This document shows, in pieces, positions 19,443 through 29,372 of a stretch of 64,000 nucleotides of DNA; within the stretch, counting starts at the first letter, position 1, and every line of letters begins with the position of its first letter. The notes below the pieces were generated by a model that did not search any database, was not told where the DNA came from, and worked only from the letters and a program-made list of their open reading frames with translations. Both the position numbers and the translations under genes were made by a program. The stretch comes from Negativicutes bacterium. GTDB lineage: Bacteria > Bacillota > Negativicutes > UBA1444. The stretch is taken from NCBI GenBank assembly GCA_963665275.2, contig CAXXIN010000013.1:96001-160000 (forward strand), written 5' to 3'.

Positions 19443-21146
19443 TCAACGCCACAGTTTACGAAACTTCCGGATAATAGCCGCAGGATATCTTGATCTCTTC
19501 GTTAGCCCGTCAACAATTGTCATTTCATTGACAAAATTCAAGGTGTGGACTGCAATTATCTTTTTACTCCAAAGCGGTTCAATATCGCTGATGCATTCTT
19601 CTTTGTATTCCTCTTCATTTAACGTAACGATATGGTTAATTTTGATTCCGTATCCATAAATTTTGGAACTGTTTTGCGATGGACGATATAGATTCCCGTT
19701 ATACTCAAATATATTCCCTGCGGGGCGCGCGGACCTCACATCAGATACAATCGGATTTTGAACGTGTGGAGTCCAGTTTCCCGAAAATAAGTCTTCGGAA
19801 TAAAACAGAAACAATTCATCAAATGAAGAAGTTTGCTCATTTTCACGAATACTAGCGAACAGCCACCACTTTCCATCTTTTTGCAGTACGGTGGTGTCAA
19901 ATGCCTGAATATTTTTCATGATAATCGTAACCATTTCCCATCTATTGGGAAACTCAACGCATTTATATAACTCAATTGTATTGTTGCCAGAAGTCTCTGG
20001 AATCATGTAGTATTCGTTGTTGTATGAGAAAATGAACGGGTAGGACATGTGATACGGTTTTTCTATTATTTTTTTTGTCAAAGATACTTTTTCATTTTCG
20101 TCAATTGTTAGATACGAAATATGCCCTTTGTTGTTTTGCGCCATAACTTCCTCAACGAAAACATAATACTTCCGGTCTTCATATATAATAAAGGGATCCG
20201 CCCAAAACCGATCAGGCGGCGGAATCAGTTGCTTATACCGTGATAAGGTCGGCGAAAGCATTTTCCCTTTATTAATAGCGTACAGCAATATATATTGGTC
20301 AAAATAAAAGCAGCGCTGAATACTTCTAGTGATGATCTTTAGCAAATGGCGCAAAACTAATCTAATCCATTCACTTTTCTGAGGAACGGCATAGATTGGC
20401 CGTGAATAAAAATAAGGATGTTGGTTATTCAGCTTTATGCGCGCGAGGAGGGATTCTTCGCCGAATTCGTGGAGCTCTTGCAATTTGCGTGGGATAAAAG
20501 ACACCGTCTTCCAATAATTATTATTGTTATTCTGCTCGACAGACAGAGCATCCGTTTGCGCAAAAGATTCATAGAGGACTTGGGTCTTGTTCGGATCATT
20601 GCCCAGAATCTGCAGCATTGAGCCGGTTTCACCCCGTCCTTCAAAAACTTCCCAAAAACCGACCGGTCCAACTTGATTGATTCGATTATCGCCATGCCAA
20701 TGCGCCCAAACTCCATATTTTGAGGCAGAAAGAACTTCGCCTCTTAAATCGTCGAATCCCAACTTGATCAGGACATCCAGATTACATGCTTGAATTGTTG
20801 CGCAATCTTCGGGATTCAAATATTCTACGAGCCCTTTCTGGTTAGGTGTTACGGTAATCCAAGAACTATTCGTCAAAACCTGCTTCAAATTTTTCGGTTC
20901 AAAAGCATTAGGTTCCACCCTGCATATCAATTTATCCAATTTATAAGCGACGGAAAAAAAGAGCGTTTCAAATTTATTATCATTATTGCGATATTGTTTA
21001 TTCCTCGCAATATAGGCTTCATCCTTTTGAACAACCAGAGTGATTTCCGCATAGTTACTACCGACGATTTTATTTATCATTGTGTAGGCCCAATGCGGAA
21101 TTTGATTAGAATCAACTAAGAGACCAATTAATAGCTTTTTGCGCAT
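19443..21146 (-). CDS. Formyltransferase-like N-domain fused to GINT1-N / GH32-like beta-propeller
   Basis: LDVLIKLGF...KYGVWAHWHGD...GFWEV (formyltransferase-like) followed by FWADPF, HMSYPF, MIPET, KWWLF, ARPAG, HTLN. Confidence 0.75.
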   Translation of the reverse strand: MRKKLLIGLLVDSNQIPHWAYTMINKIVGSNYAEITLVVQKDEAYIARNKQYRNNDNKFETLFFSVAYKLDKLICRVEPNAFEPKNLKQVLTNSSWITVTPNQKGLVEYLNPEDCATIQACNLDVLIKLGFDDLRGEVLSASKYGVWAHWHGDNRINQVGPVGFWEVFEGRGETGSMLQILGNDPNKTQVLYESFAQTDALSVEQNNNNNYWKTVSFIPRKLQELHEFGEESLLARIKLNNQHPYFYSRPIYAVPQKSEWIRLVLRHLLKIITRSIQRCFYFDQYILLYAINKGKMLSPTLSRYKQLIPPPDRFWADPFIIYEDRKYYVFVEEVMAQNNKGHISYLTIDENEKVSLTKKIIEKPYHMSYPFIFSYNNEYYMIPETSGNNTIELYKCVEFPNRWEMVTIIMKNIQAFDTTVLQKDGKWWLFASIRENEQTSSFDELFLFYSEDLFSGNWTPHVQNPIVSDVRSARPAGNIFEYNGNLYRPSQNSSKIYGYGIKINHIVTLNEEEYKEECISDIEPLWSKKIIAVHTLNFVNEMTIVDGLTKRSRYPAAIIRKFRKLWR

Positions 21147-21381
21147 TGTATAATGGATCCCTCACTTCTTTTCGATCTGCTATCTGCAGTTGAAGAACTG
21201 CTACGCTTTTTATGACATCTTCCATGCTTAACGGAAGGACGCCCTAATAGACTTGACCCGGCGTTTTCCAATTCAAACTTTGGTGGGGACAGAAGTAGTT
21301 GTGGAGGACGTGAATTGAAAATTAAATGTTGCAATGTTACGAACAATAGCAGTTATGTCAATTTTCCTTCCTACTCCTATA

Positions 21382-22428
21382 TTAGAGGGTATCAATTTTT
21401 GATATACCTCTACCTCTTTTCCCAATAATAAACGGAAAATAGGCGTTGATAACAAAAATAATTGGAATACAAACAACGATTGTGCCGATGGTGACCAAGA
21501 TTCCATAAAAAAACGACAGTTGTTGAAGTATCCCTATATGAGGGATAAAGTGATAAACATATTCGACAAAAGGTGATACCAAGAATTGATGCATCGCTAA
21601 CAAAATTATTGAATTTTTACCTATAAAAGAAATTGCCGGCATGATCTTCATATTCCGAACCACAATTAGAAAGAAACCGATACCGGAAAAGGCAGCCAAA
21701 TAGAAGAGAATGTAATTATGATAATTATTGATAAACATATCTATCATTTCTTGACTAAATCCAGCACCTAAATTTATAGCCAGCAAAAGTAACATTACTT
21801 TAAAATTCGAGGAATTCTCTGTTGATATTACTTCATATTCTCTGATGAGATACCCTGTGCCATAAAAGACAATGGCTGTTAGAGCAGCATCAAAACTCCA
21901 TGGCAACGGAATTGAAACCATAGAGCTATACAAATAACCGATAATTGAACAAATGGCCAGCAAACTGACTATTCCCCTTTTATTTGTTTTGGTCCCGGCC
22001 CAAAACAAATAAAATAGTATTTCCGTAAGAAAAAGGCACGCCAAGAACCACATTGTCCCATTGTGGGCACCCCAGTATTCTCCGCGAATTCCATATATTG
22101 TTCCCCAAATAGGTGTCATTATCGTACCGTGATATGAAGTTCCAATTAAATTATGGCGCACACTTTTTTGCAACCAATAGAGATACATTATGGCTGAAAA
22201 ACAAAAATACGGCACGATTAATGCCTTTATCTTTTTGATAAAAAAATCTCGAAAGTTATAGTTTTGGTCATTATAAAACAAGTAGCCTGACAAAAAGAAA
22301 AAAAGCGGCATATGAAAAGAGTAGATAAATTGCTGAACAAAAGACGGAATTGGTGCGTGCGCAAAAATAACAAGGATAATACCAATCCCCTTCGCCATAT
22401 CAATCCACGGAATTCTATCTTTTATCAT
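21382..22428 (-). CDS. Acyltransferase family 3 (O-acetyltransferase)
   Basis: RIPWIDMAKGIGIILVIFAH, FHMPLFFFLSG, WFLACL; multi-TM. Confidence 0.9.
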   Translation of the reverse strand: MIKDRIPWIDMAKGIGIILVIFAHAPIPSFVQQFIYSFHMPLFFFLSGYLFYNDQNYNFRDFFIKKIKALIVPYFCFSAIMYLYWLQKSVRHNLIGTSYHGTIMTPIWGTIYGIRGEYWGAHNGTMWFLACLFLTEILFYLFWAGTKTNKRGIVSLLAICSIIGYLYSSMVSIPLPWSFDAALTAIVFYGTGYLIREYEVISTENSSNFKVMLLLLAINLGAGFSQEMIDMFINNYHNYILFYLAAFSGIGFFLIVVRNMKIMPAISFIGKNSIILLAMHQFLVSPFVEYVYHFIPHIGILQQLSFFYGILVTIGTIVVCIPIIFVINAYFPFIIGKRGRGISKIDTL

Positions 22429-22532
22429 TAAGCAATTCCTTTCCTTGAAAAGTAATGATTCAAGATGATACTTATGAACCTGATCAAGTTGATTACAAGG
22501 GAACAGCAGGCAAATGATCTTTGTTTGACAGC

Positions 22533-23687
22533 TTAATTCTGTTTTGCTGGAACATCTTTTTTCATCGCCCATTCACTAAGTTTTTTGCCCCATTGAATTG
22601 ACGGAACTTCGACCCAGTAATAGCCGGCAAGCGACACGGTTATTGAAGCGATGAAGGCGATCATTAATACTATCCATATGGGTATAATACCATAGAGTAA
22701 ATAAAGGCAAGAGCATAATACGATAAAGTGCAGAAGATATAGGCTGTACGATATTTTACCCAAAACAACAACAAATCTATTCATCAATAATCGAGAGATT
22801 GACTCTGAAGACAAGCTGGTCACTATTATTATTGAGACGCCAATGGCGATAAGATAGTCTAAAAATAGATTGATGTAATGGAAAGTCAGCCAGTCGGAAA
22901 TATAAAGAGCCAACCCAAGTGTAAACAACGCCAATTTTATGCTCTTTCTGCTTGCTGAGCATAATTCAACTAAGCTTCTCTTGTGTTTTGCAAGTAAAGC
23001 CCCTACAACAAACACCACAGTGAAGTGGACAGTCATGTAAATGGCGTCCAATGTACTTGCGTCAATTCCTATGGATAATATCCCTTTCTTGTGGATAGCA
23101 ATTAAGCCACGGAACAACATTTCAATCGCTATTGACGTCCCAAAGCAAAGCTTCCAATTGTAGCGGCAGACAAAACACATAAGCAGTGGGAAAAGCAGGG
23201 ATATTCTCATTTCATAAACCAAAGACCAAATTACCGGATCAATCACTCGAGTATCGAAATCACTAATTAAAATTAAATGAGTGATTAAGGAGGTGAGACT
23301 AATGTCTAATTTCCAAAAAGAGTTAAACCAGTCGCTTAATCCGATCAGGTCTCCTTTTTGCAAAAATGATTTTGACACAATTCCGGCCATTATCGCGACG
23401 TAATACGGTATGTAAATTCGAAAAGCCCTTTTTATGAAAAAAGATATGTAAGAAGGACTATTTCCGTTATTGAACGGGATTGATAAAACAAATCCACTCA
23501 ACACGAAGAAAAAAATCACTGCTTCGCGGCCTGCCCAAAATAAGTGAAGAGGCGAATATTTGAAAATGAAAATCAATGCAGTATCATCGGTGTACATTTG
23601 CGGAAAAATCAATAAAAAGTGTGAAAATACAACGGTTAACGAAGCAAGTCCTCTTAAGGAGTCTAATTCCCAAAGTCGCTTTTCCAC
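22533..23687 (-). CDS. Acyltransferase family 3 (OafA-like)
   Basis: LDSLRGLA, FFVLSGFV, RAFRIY, WSLVYE, ISYSLYLLH, YYWVE. Confidence 0.9.
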   Translation of the reverse strand: MEKRLWELDSLRGLASLTVVFSHFLLIFPQMYTDDTALIFIFKYSPLHLFWAGREAVIFFFVLSGFVLSIPFNNGNSPSYISFFIKRAFRIYIPYYVAIMAGIVSKSFLQKGDLIGLSDWFNSFWKLDISLTSLITHLILISDFDTRVIDPVIWSLVYEMRISLLFPLLMCFVCRYNWKLCFGTSIAIEMLFRGLIAIHKKGILSIGIDASTLDAIYMTVHFTVVFVVGALLAKHKRSLVELCSASRKSIKLALFTLGLALYISDWLTFHYINLFLDYLIAIGVSIIIVTSLSSESISRLLMNRFVVVLGKISYSLYLLHFIVLCSCLYLLYGIIPIWIVLMIAFIASITVSLAGYYWVEVPSIQWGKKLSEWAMKKDVPAKQN

Positions 23688-23778
23688 AATGCGCTCCTGT
23701 TCATTTTATAATTTCTGCAATTTGAAGAAATGATTACTACATCCCGGATTCCGAAAGACTCTTTTTCATAGTTAATTT

Positions 23779-25014
23779 TTACTGTCGCGCACAGGCAACA
23801 AATCCCAAAAGCCCATAGAAAATGGCATTAAATACATAAAATGAAATAAAATGTGCTGACCATACTGAGGTCGCAAGGTATCCAACGCTGAAGACCAAAT
23901 ATGCGTCAAGCATCCAATTTTCAGGAGCAAGTTTCTTCTGTTCCAAAAACATTTTAAATAATAACCAAAGAAAACATGTAAATGCTATAACTCCAAGAAA
24001 ACCAGAAACCACTGCTGCTTCCAGAAACGCATTGTGCGCGCCTTCAGCTGCACCATTTGTAATGTGAGCCATGTTTTCGTATCCAATTCCAAAAGGATGA
24101 GTTGAAATAAGGTTCCATGTAATGCTCCAGACTTGATCCCTTGCACTTAGCGCAGCGCTTGCCTCGCCGGCTTTTATGGCTGATATCGTCGCAACTATTC
24201 TGGGAATATTTATCACACTTAAAAGACTGCCCAGAGTTAACACAAGCGAAAGAAGGAAAGCTTTTAGGTGCAGTTTTGTCCTTATCAGCAGAATAATAAT
24301 ACTTAACACTGAAACAAAAACTGTCAGAATTGCTTCTCTCGATTGTGTCAACAACATTGTTAAACCGGACCCAACTACCAACAATGCAAAGAACAATTTT
24401 GCGCCGGTTTTCTTCTCGTACAAAATGCCCATTATTCCAATAATAGAGAAAAATGCAGACAGCGCACCCAATTGATTCGGATCAGCAGTTTGCCCAACTA
24501 ATCGCGAATCTTGTGATGTAAAAGTTGCGGACATTAATTGGAAAAAATTTACACTGGTTTCTCCTGAAAATATATTCCACAAAACTCCTGCAAGGAATGT
24601 CACCATTAAAAGCCAAACAATTAACCTCAATTCTTTGACTTTTAAATTAGAATCCGTTCCGTAGTAAAACAACACCGGAGAAATACACCAAAGCAAAAAA
24701 TTATAAAAAGTTCGTGGCAAAAACTGCACCATTTCATTATACATAATGAAAAATAATACAGTGGGTATAAAAAAAGTAATGGCTAAAAAGATATATGCAA
24801 GAAAAAAACGAAATACTGCCGGTGGTCGTCTGATAACAATATCATGTTGGTTCTGCAAAAGCGCTTTAACAAATATTCCTATCACCAGTAAGATTGTCAC
24901 CATATCGCCTGGCGATAAGTTTAACGTGCGCGAGAAAATCGGCAGTTCCACAATTGGGCGAAAGGCGAATGCCGCATATAATAAAAGTGCGAAGACTACC
25001 ATGCGCTGTTGCAT
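23779..25014 (-). CDS. wzy: Wzy polymerase / O-antigen-ligase family protein
   Basis: About 11 TM segments, DPNQLG, TQSRE, ARDQVW, HPFGIG, AHNAFLE; adjacent to wzx. Confidence 0.78.
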   Translation of the reverse strand: MQQRMVVFALLLYAAFAFRPIVELPIFSRTLNLSPGDMVTILLVIGIFVKALLQNQHDIVIRRPPAVFRFFLAYIFLAITFFIPTVLFFIMYNEMVQFLPRTFYNFLLWCISPVLFYYGTDSNLKVKELRLIVWLLMVTFLAGVLWNIFSGETSVNFFQLMSATFTSQDSRLVGQTADPNQLGALSAFFSIIGIMGILYEKKTGAKLFFALLVVGSGLTMLLTQSREAILTVFVSVLSIIILLIRTKLHLKAFLLSLVLTLGSLLSVINIPRIVATISAIKAGEASAALSARDQVWSITWNLISTHPFGIGYENMAHITNGAAEGAHNAFLEAAVVSGFLGVIAFTCFLWLLFKMFLEQKKLAPENWMLDAYLVFSVGYLATSVWSAHFISFYVFNAIFYGLLGFVACARQ

Positions 25015-26426
25015 TATATTTGACTTGTCCTCCGAATAAACTTAGCGCAAAAGGGCCATGATACACCAACATAGATTAGGCTGCCCGACAATACCAAAAA
25101 TCCGACATGAAAATGGAGAAACTGCTGCATACCAAAGACGCAGGCTGCCATAATAGCGCTACTTCCCATGGAAATGAACAGAAATTTATAATTGACCCAG
25201 GGTTCGTTAAGCAAGGGTTTAACTTTTACCACCATGCAAAGGAAAACAACCAATTCAGCGATAACCATGGCCGCTGCCGACCCAGTAGCCCGCCAGTATG
25301 GAATTAGTGCTAAATTGCCTGCCACATTGGTAGCAGCACCCAACGCCAACGCACTTAAATAATTTTTGTCCTTTTTGACTGCCAATAACAAATTGGCCAT
25401 AGTAACACTAAGAGCCATAAAAAAAACATAATACAGTAAAAGTATGAAGGGCATTACCGCCGGCGCATAGACTTCGCCAAAAAAGGCAGTGATAAGGCTA
25501 TGCGCCAAAATCGTCCCGCCCGTAATAACCGGGATCATAAAATAGAGCATAGAGTGAAAATTTTGCCGTAAGAACTCCCCCACCTGCTGTTGATCCGTAG
25601 CCAACAATCGAATCATGACTGGCCAGGTCGATTGCGAGTAAATCGCGATGATACTGGAAAGAGCGATAACAATCTTGTACGCTACGCTATAATATCCGAC
25701 CTCTTCTGACCCAACAAAATAGCCAAGCAAAATCATATCCATATTCTCATAAACCTGAGACAACAATCCGGCAAGCGCAAATGGCAGCGCCATCTTTAAC
25801 AAGGCGCGGAATTGTGTCAAGTTGAAACAGATGTGCAAAGGCTGAATATTCCTGTATAAATAGTGCAAGTAAGAGCACGCAATCACGGATCCGACAAAAG
25901 AATACACGGGAATGAAATAGATGTTCGTTACATCTTTGACCCAGAGAAAAACCAGGCTGCAACTTACGACCGAGCCAAGCAAATTCGCCACAGTTATGGA
26001 CTGCAGATCTTCCATACCGACAAAAAACCAATCCAATAAGCAAGCGGAACTTACCATCGTCAATCCGTACAAAATCAGCAAATAAAACAACCGCTGATTG
26101 GAAACAAAAAGCACTCCGTACAGGACTAACATAGAATAAAAAACGATAGCCAGCCCAACCCTCAATGAAAACAACACACTTACCGCGTCCTGGGAGTCAG
26201 TCTGAGCCCGGGCAACTTCACGTGTTCCGATCGTTGGCAAGCCAAAAGATGCAACCAAGCTAAAATAACTTACAAGGGCTAGCGCCAAACTAATGTCGCC
26301 GTAATCAGCCGGCCCCAATATCCGAGCCAGATAGACAACAATAAAAAATGAAAATAGCTGGCTAAATAATCGACCAGCCAATCCCATGCCCAAATTCGCG
26401 AAGACTGATTTTTGCAGTAGTTTCAT
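25014..26426 (-). CDS. wzx: Wzx flippase
   Basis: YLARILGPADYG, DMILLG...EVGYYSVA, LIPYW; MOP-family topology. Confidence 0.9.
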   Translation of the reverse strand: MKLLQKSVFANLGMGLAGRLFSQLFSFFIVVYLARILGPADYGDISLALALVSYFSLVASFGLPTIGTREVARAQTDSQDAVSVLFSLRVGLAIVFYSMLVLYGVLFVSNQRLFYLLILYGLTMVSSACLLDWFFVGMEDLQSITVANLLGSVVSCSLVFLWVKDVTNIYFIPVYSFVGSVIACSYLHYLYRNIQPLHICFNLTQFRALLKMALPFALAGLLSQVYENMDMILLGYFVGSEEVGYYSVAYKIVIALSSIIAIYSQSTWPVMIRLLATDQQQVGEFLRQNFHSMLYFMIPVITGGTILAHSLITAFFGEVYAPAVMPFILLLYYVFFMALSVTMANLLLAVKKDKNYLSALALGAATNVAGNLALIPYWRATGSAAAMVIAELVVFLCMVVKVKPLLNEPWVNYKFLFISMGSSAIMAACVFGMQQFLHFHVGFLVLSGSLIYVGVSWPFCAKFIRRTSQI

Positions 26427-26457
26427 CTTTTACCTTTTGCCATGATATCGATTAATT

Positions 26458-27114
26458 TCATTCATATCCGACAACGTCATTTATAACCGTGCCTAGAATA
26501 TTGGCTTTTGCGCCCTTAAGAAGCTCCGCCGCTTTTTGTGCGGCTTTGGGAGTAACAGTCTTGCTATCGATCACCAATACGACGCTGTCAACCTTCGATG
26601 CTAAAACACAGGCATCGGACACAACATAATCGCGTTTAAATAGCAGCGGCGAACTGGTCAGCACAATGTAATCCGTAAGAGTTCGCAGAAAGTCGAATAA
26701 TGCGCGGGTTTTTTCATTAGACAAGGCCGTAATTGGCCCCACCGGAAGCGGGCCACTGGTCACAACTCTCAAATTGGGCACCCAGGATTCTTGCAGAATA
26801 TCTTTCATCAGCACTTCGCCTTGGATTAAATTGGTTAAGCCAACATTCTCCAACCCAAATCCCTCACACACGATAGGGCTGCGAAGATCACAATCCACCA
26901 AAACCACCTTATGCCCCGCGTAGGCCAAGGCCGCCGCCGCATTGACAGCAGTCATCGTACCCCCATCCCCTTCACTGGCGCTGGCAAATAAGACGGACTG
27001 CACTTTACCCCCTCTAAATTCCGCACTTTGAATCCTAGCGCACAAAGTGCGGAAGGATTCCGCCTGGGGGGATTGTTCGCGGTCTTTAATGACATACCTC
27101 ACCCGGTCACCCAT
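26458..27114 (-). CDS. CpsD/CapB-family BY-kinase domain, catalytically degenerate
   Basis: ESFRTL, VDCDLR and GTVIN are conserved, but Walker A reads EGDGGT, Walker B reads IVLTSSP, and there is no Tyr cluster. Confidence 0.85.
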   Translation of the reverse strand: MGDRVRYVIKDREQSPQAESFRTLCARIQSAEFRGGKVQSVLFASASEGDGGTMTAVNAAAALAYAGHKVVLVDCDLRSPIVCEGFGLENVGLTNLIQGEVLMKDILQESWVPNLRVVTSGPLPVGPITALSNEKTRALFDFLRTLTDYIVLTSSPLLFKRDYVVSDACVLASKVDSVVLVIDSKTVTPKAAQKAAELLKGAKANILGTVINDVVGYE

Positions 27115-28444
27115 CAGTTTCCCTCCTGATCCTAGCTTGCCAAATCTTCCAACGCGTATTGGCCTCCAATCTTGGGACAATGCCGATCACCGGCAAGTCC
27201 AGGTAACGGGCTGCATCTTCGGGCGTATCAATGGTTTTGTAAAAATATTCAATCACAAAAGTTAGCATGGTTCCGATGAAAAGGCCCAAAAACGCCGCAA
27301 TAACAAGATTGAAGGTTTTCAACGGTTTAACCGGGTCCTTTGGCAACGCAGCCATGTCAAAGATTTGCACGTTGGTGGACTCCATGACTTCACTGATGCG
27401 TGCTTCTTCGTAGCGTTTTGCGAGCATCGTATATACCCCTTCGGCTACTGAATAGTCAAGCATCAGACGAGCCAGTCTGGTTTCAGCTGCCGGCAGCCTG
27501 GCCAACTCTTTTTCTTCCAGCGAGTTGATTTGCTGCAATGTCGTTTTCTGGGTTTCACCCAAAGAAACTTCGCCCCGAGCTATTCGGAGAAGTTCGTTCT
27601 GCAGCTTCGCACGGGTTTCGGCAAGTGCGGTCTGTGCATTTACCACGCGAGGATGTTCGTCCGTCAAGCTTTTGAGCAATACGGCCAGTTCGGCTTCTTG
27701 TTCGGCCAATCGGTTGCGGTACTGCTGCAAAAGCGGCGTATCCACGATGACAGAAGGCGTTTTCATCTTAGCTCGTGCTGCTTCTAACGCCAATCGATTT
27801 TCAGCTTCCAGCTTTTTCAGATTTGACTGCCGCTCTACAAACGTTCGGGCCTGTTCGTTGATCGCGACCACCTGATTGGTCAGCTTGTGCTCTGTCAGCG
27901 CTTTTTCCGCTTTATCAAGATCGCGCTTTACATCCGCCAGCCGCTCGCCAATAAAAACACGAGCCTCTTTGCTTTCAGCGCGAACGATATTGAGGAGCCG
28001 CTCATTAAAAGCATCCGCCAGTGCATTTGCAAAGGTCTGCGCTTCTAATGGCGAACCAGCCAGAACGGCAACTTCCAAAATCTCCGTATCTTTTAATGGG
28101 CGAACTCTGATTCTCCCAGCGACATTCTCAAAGTTCAGCGGTTCAGTATCCCCACTGGCGCTTTTTTCAATCGCAGCTTCTACGACTGTGCGACTCTTGA
28201 TCAACTCTGCAAAGGTATACATTTTCTTGGTCAATTCTTCCGATGACCACGGCACGCTTGCGGCATCGGTCACGCTTCTCGTAGCCGGCTTCACCCTGAT
28301 AGTAACTTTGGCTTCATAAGTCGGCGGCAACATATTAAAAATGATTGCCAGAACAATCGCAACGCAGAAGGTTGAATAAACCCAGTTGCGGCGGCGCCTG
28401 ACAATCGATAATATTTCATGTATCTCTATGCGGTCCTGTCCCAT
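27107..28444 (-). CDS. Polysaccharide co-polymerase (GumC/Wzc membrane-periplasmic part)
   Basis: Two TM helices, PTYEA, LIKSRTV, coiled coil with DEHPRV, PKDPVKP, LPVIGIVP. Confidence 0.9.
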   Translation of the reverse strand: MGQDRIEIHEILSIVRRRRNWVYSTFCVAIVLAIIFNMLPPTYEAKVTIRVKPATRSVTDAASVPWSSEELTKKMYTFAELIKSRTVVEAAIEKSASGDTEPLNFENVAGRIRVRPLKDTEILEVAVLAGSPLEAQTFANALADAFNERLLNIVRAESKEARVFIGERLADVKRDLDKAEKALTEHKLTNQVVAINEQARTFVERQSNLKKLEAENRLALEAARAKMKTPSVIVDTPLLQQYRNRLAEQEAELAVLLKSLTDEHPRVVNAQTALAETRAKLQNELLRIARGEVSLGETQKTTLQQINSLEEKELARLPAAETRLARLMLDYSVAEGVYTMLAKRYEEARISEVMESTNVQIFDMAALPKDPVKPLKTFNLVIAAFLGLFIGTMLTFVIEYFYKTIDTPEDAARYLDLPVIGIVPRLEANTRWKIWQARIRRETDG

Positions 28445-28487
28445 TTAGATCCCCCTGATAAAAACATTTCGCTTTGTCGGCGGTGCG

Positions 28488-29156
28488 TCAAAGATTTGAA
28501 TTATTGCCACCATATACGCCAACAGCTTTCAAATTGTAGAAGATCTGCGTCAAGGGCACAATATCACGGGTTATATCAATGCGATTATTTTCTGTCAAGT
28601 AAACAATATCTCCTTCGCGTAAAAGAGGGTTCTTGCTTACATCCCCTTTCTTAAGCAGTTCCATCAAATTCACCCGCAGCGGTTCGCCGACCTGATCCTT
28701 GTGAATAAGGAAAACTTTGGTTTTAGCGGCATCTTTTGTCCACCCTTTTGCGGCTCCGATGGCATCCATCAGGTTTCGGCTTTTATCCAGTTCATAAAGA
28801 CCAGGCGCGGTGACTTCGCCCACAACATAAACCCGTTCGGTGCTAAAACGCGTCACATTCACCGTCACCCGGGGAGTCACATAATATTTCCCGAGCAATG
28901 TATTGATCGTCTGTGCCAATCCCTGCGGCGAAAGCCCTTCAGCCTTGATCTCCCCCACAAGCGGATAAGCAAATTTCCCATCTGGACGAATGGTGATGGA
29001 TTCCGGATTGCCGGGAGCGGGATAACTAAGCTCCGGATATCCAAAAACATTGACGCTTACCACGTCTCCCGGACGCAAAATATATTCACTTGCTGATGCA
29101 AGCATATTTGGCAATAACGTCGCAGCCAACGCGAATAGAATCACCCATCTCTTCAA
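28488..29156 (-). CDS. wza: Polysaccharide export protein (OPX: Poly_export + SLBB)
   Basis: YILRPGDVV, IRPDGKFAYPLVGEI, VYVVGEVTAPG, LREGDIVY; signal peptide without lipobox Cys. Confidence 0.85.
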   Translation of the reverse strand: MKRWVILFALAATLLPNMLASASEYILRPGDVVSVNVFGYPELSYPAPGNPESITIRPDGKFAYPLVGEIKAEGLSPQGLAQTINTLLGKYYVTPRVTVNVTRFSTERVYVVGEVTAPGLYELDKSRNLMDAIGAAKGWTKDAAKTKVFLIHKDQVGEPLRVNLMELLKKGDVSKNPLLREGDIVYLTENNRIDITRDIVPLTQIFYNLKAVGVYGGNNSNL

Positions 29157-29211
29157 CGTAACAACTCCCTCAACAACTAACTTGGCAGAAAAGATTATAG
29201 CTAATGATACT

Positions 29212-29236
29212 ATTCACCACAGAACCCATTTTCCCT
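29212..29236 (-). promoter_or_regulatory. Putative sigma-H promoter of the EPS operon
   Basis: AGGG-N17-GAAT (GCAGGGAAAATGGGTTCTGTGGTGAATA) about 55 nt upstream of wza. Confidence 0.5.
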
Positions 29237-29372
29237 GCTCTTTGCTTGAAATAGTGGATGCCATGCACAGCGACAAGGCAGAATACAGTAGCAAATTCCT
29301 TTCCAACAGCGCTACAGCATTCCGCCCTGCTCTCTATTGCCAATTTAATAACCTACCCGAGTCATCGCAACC

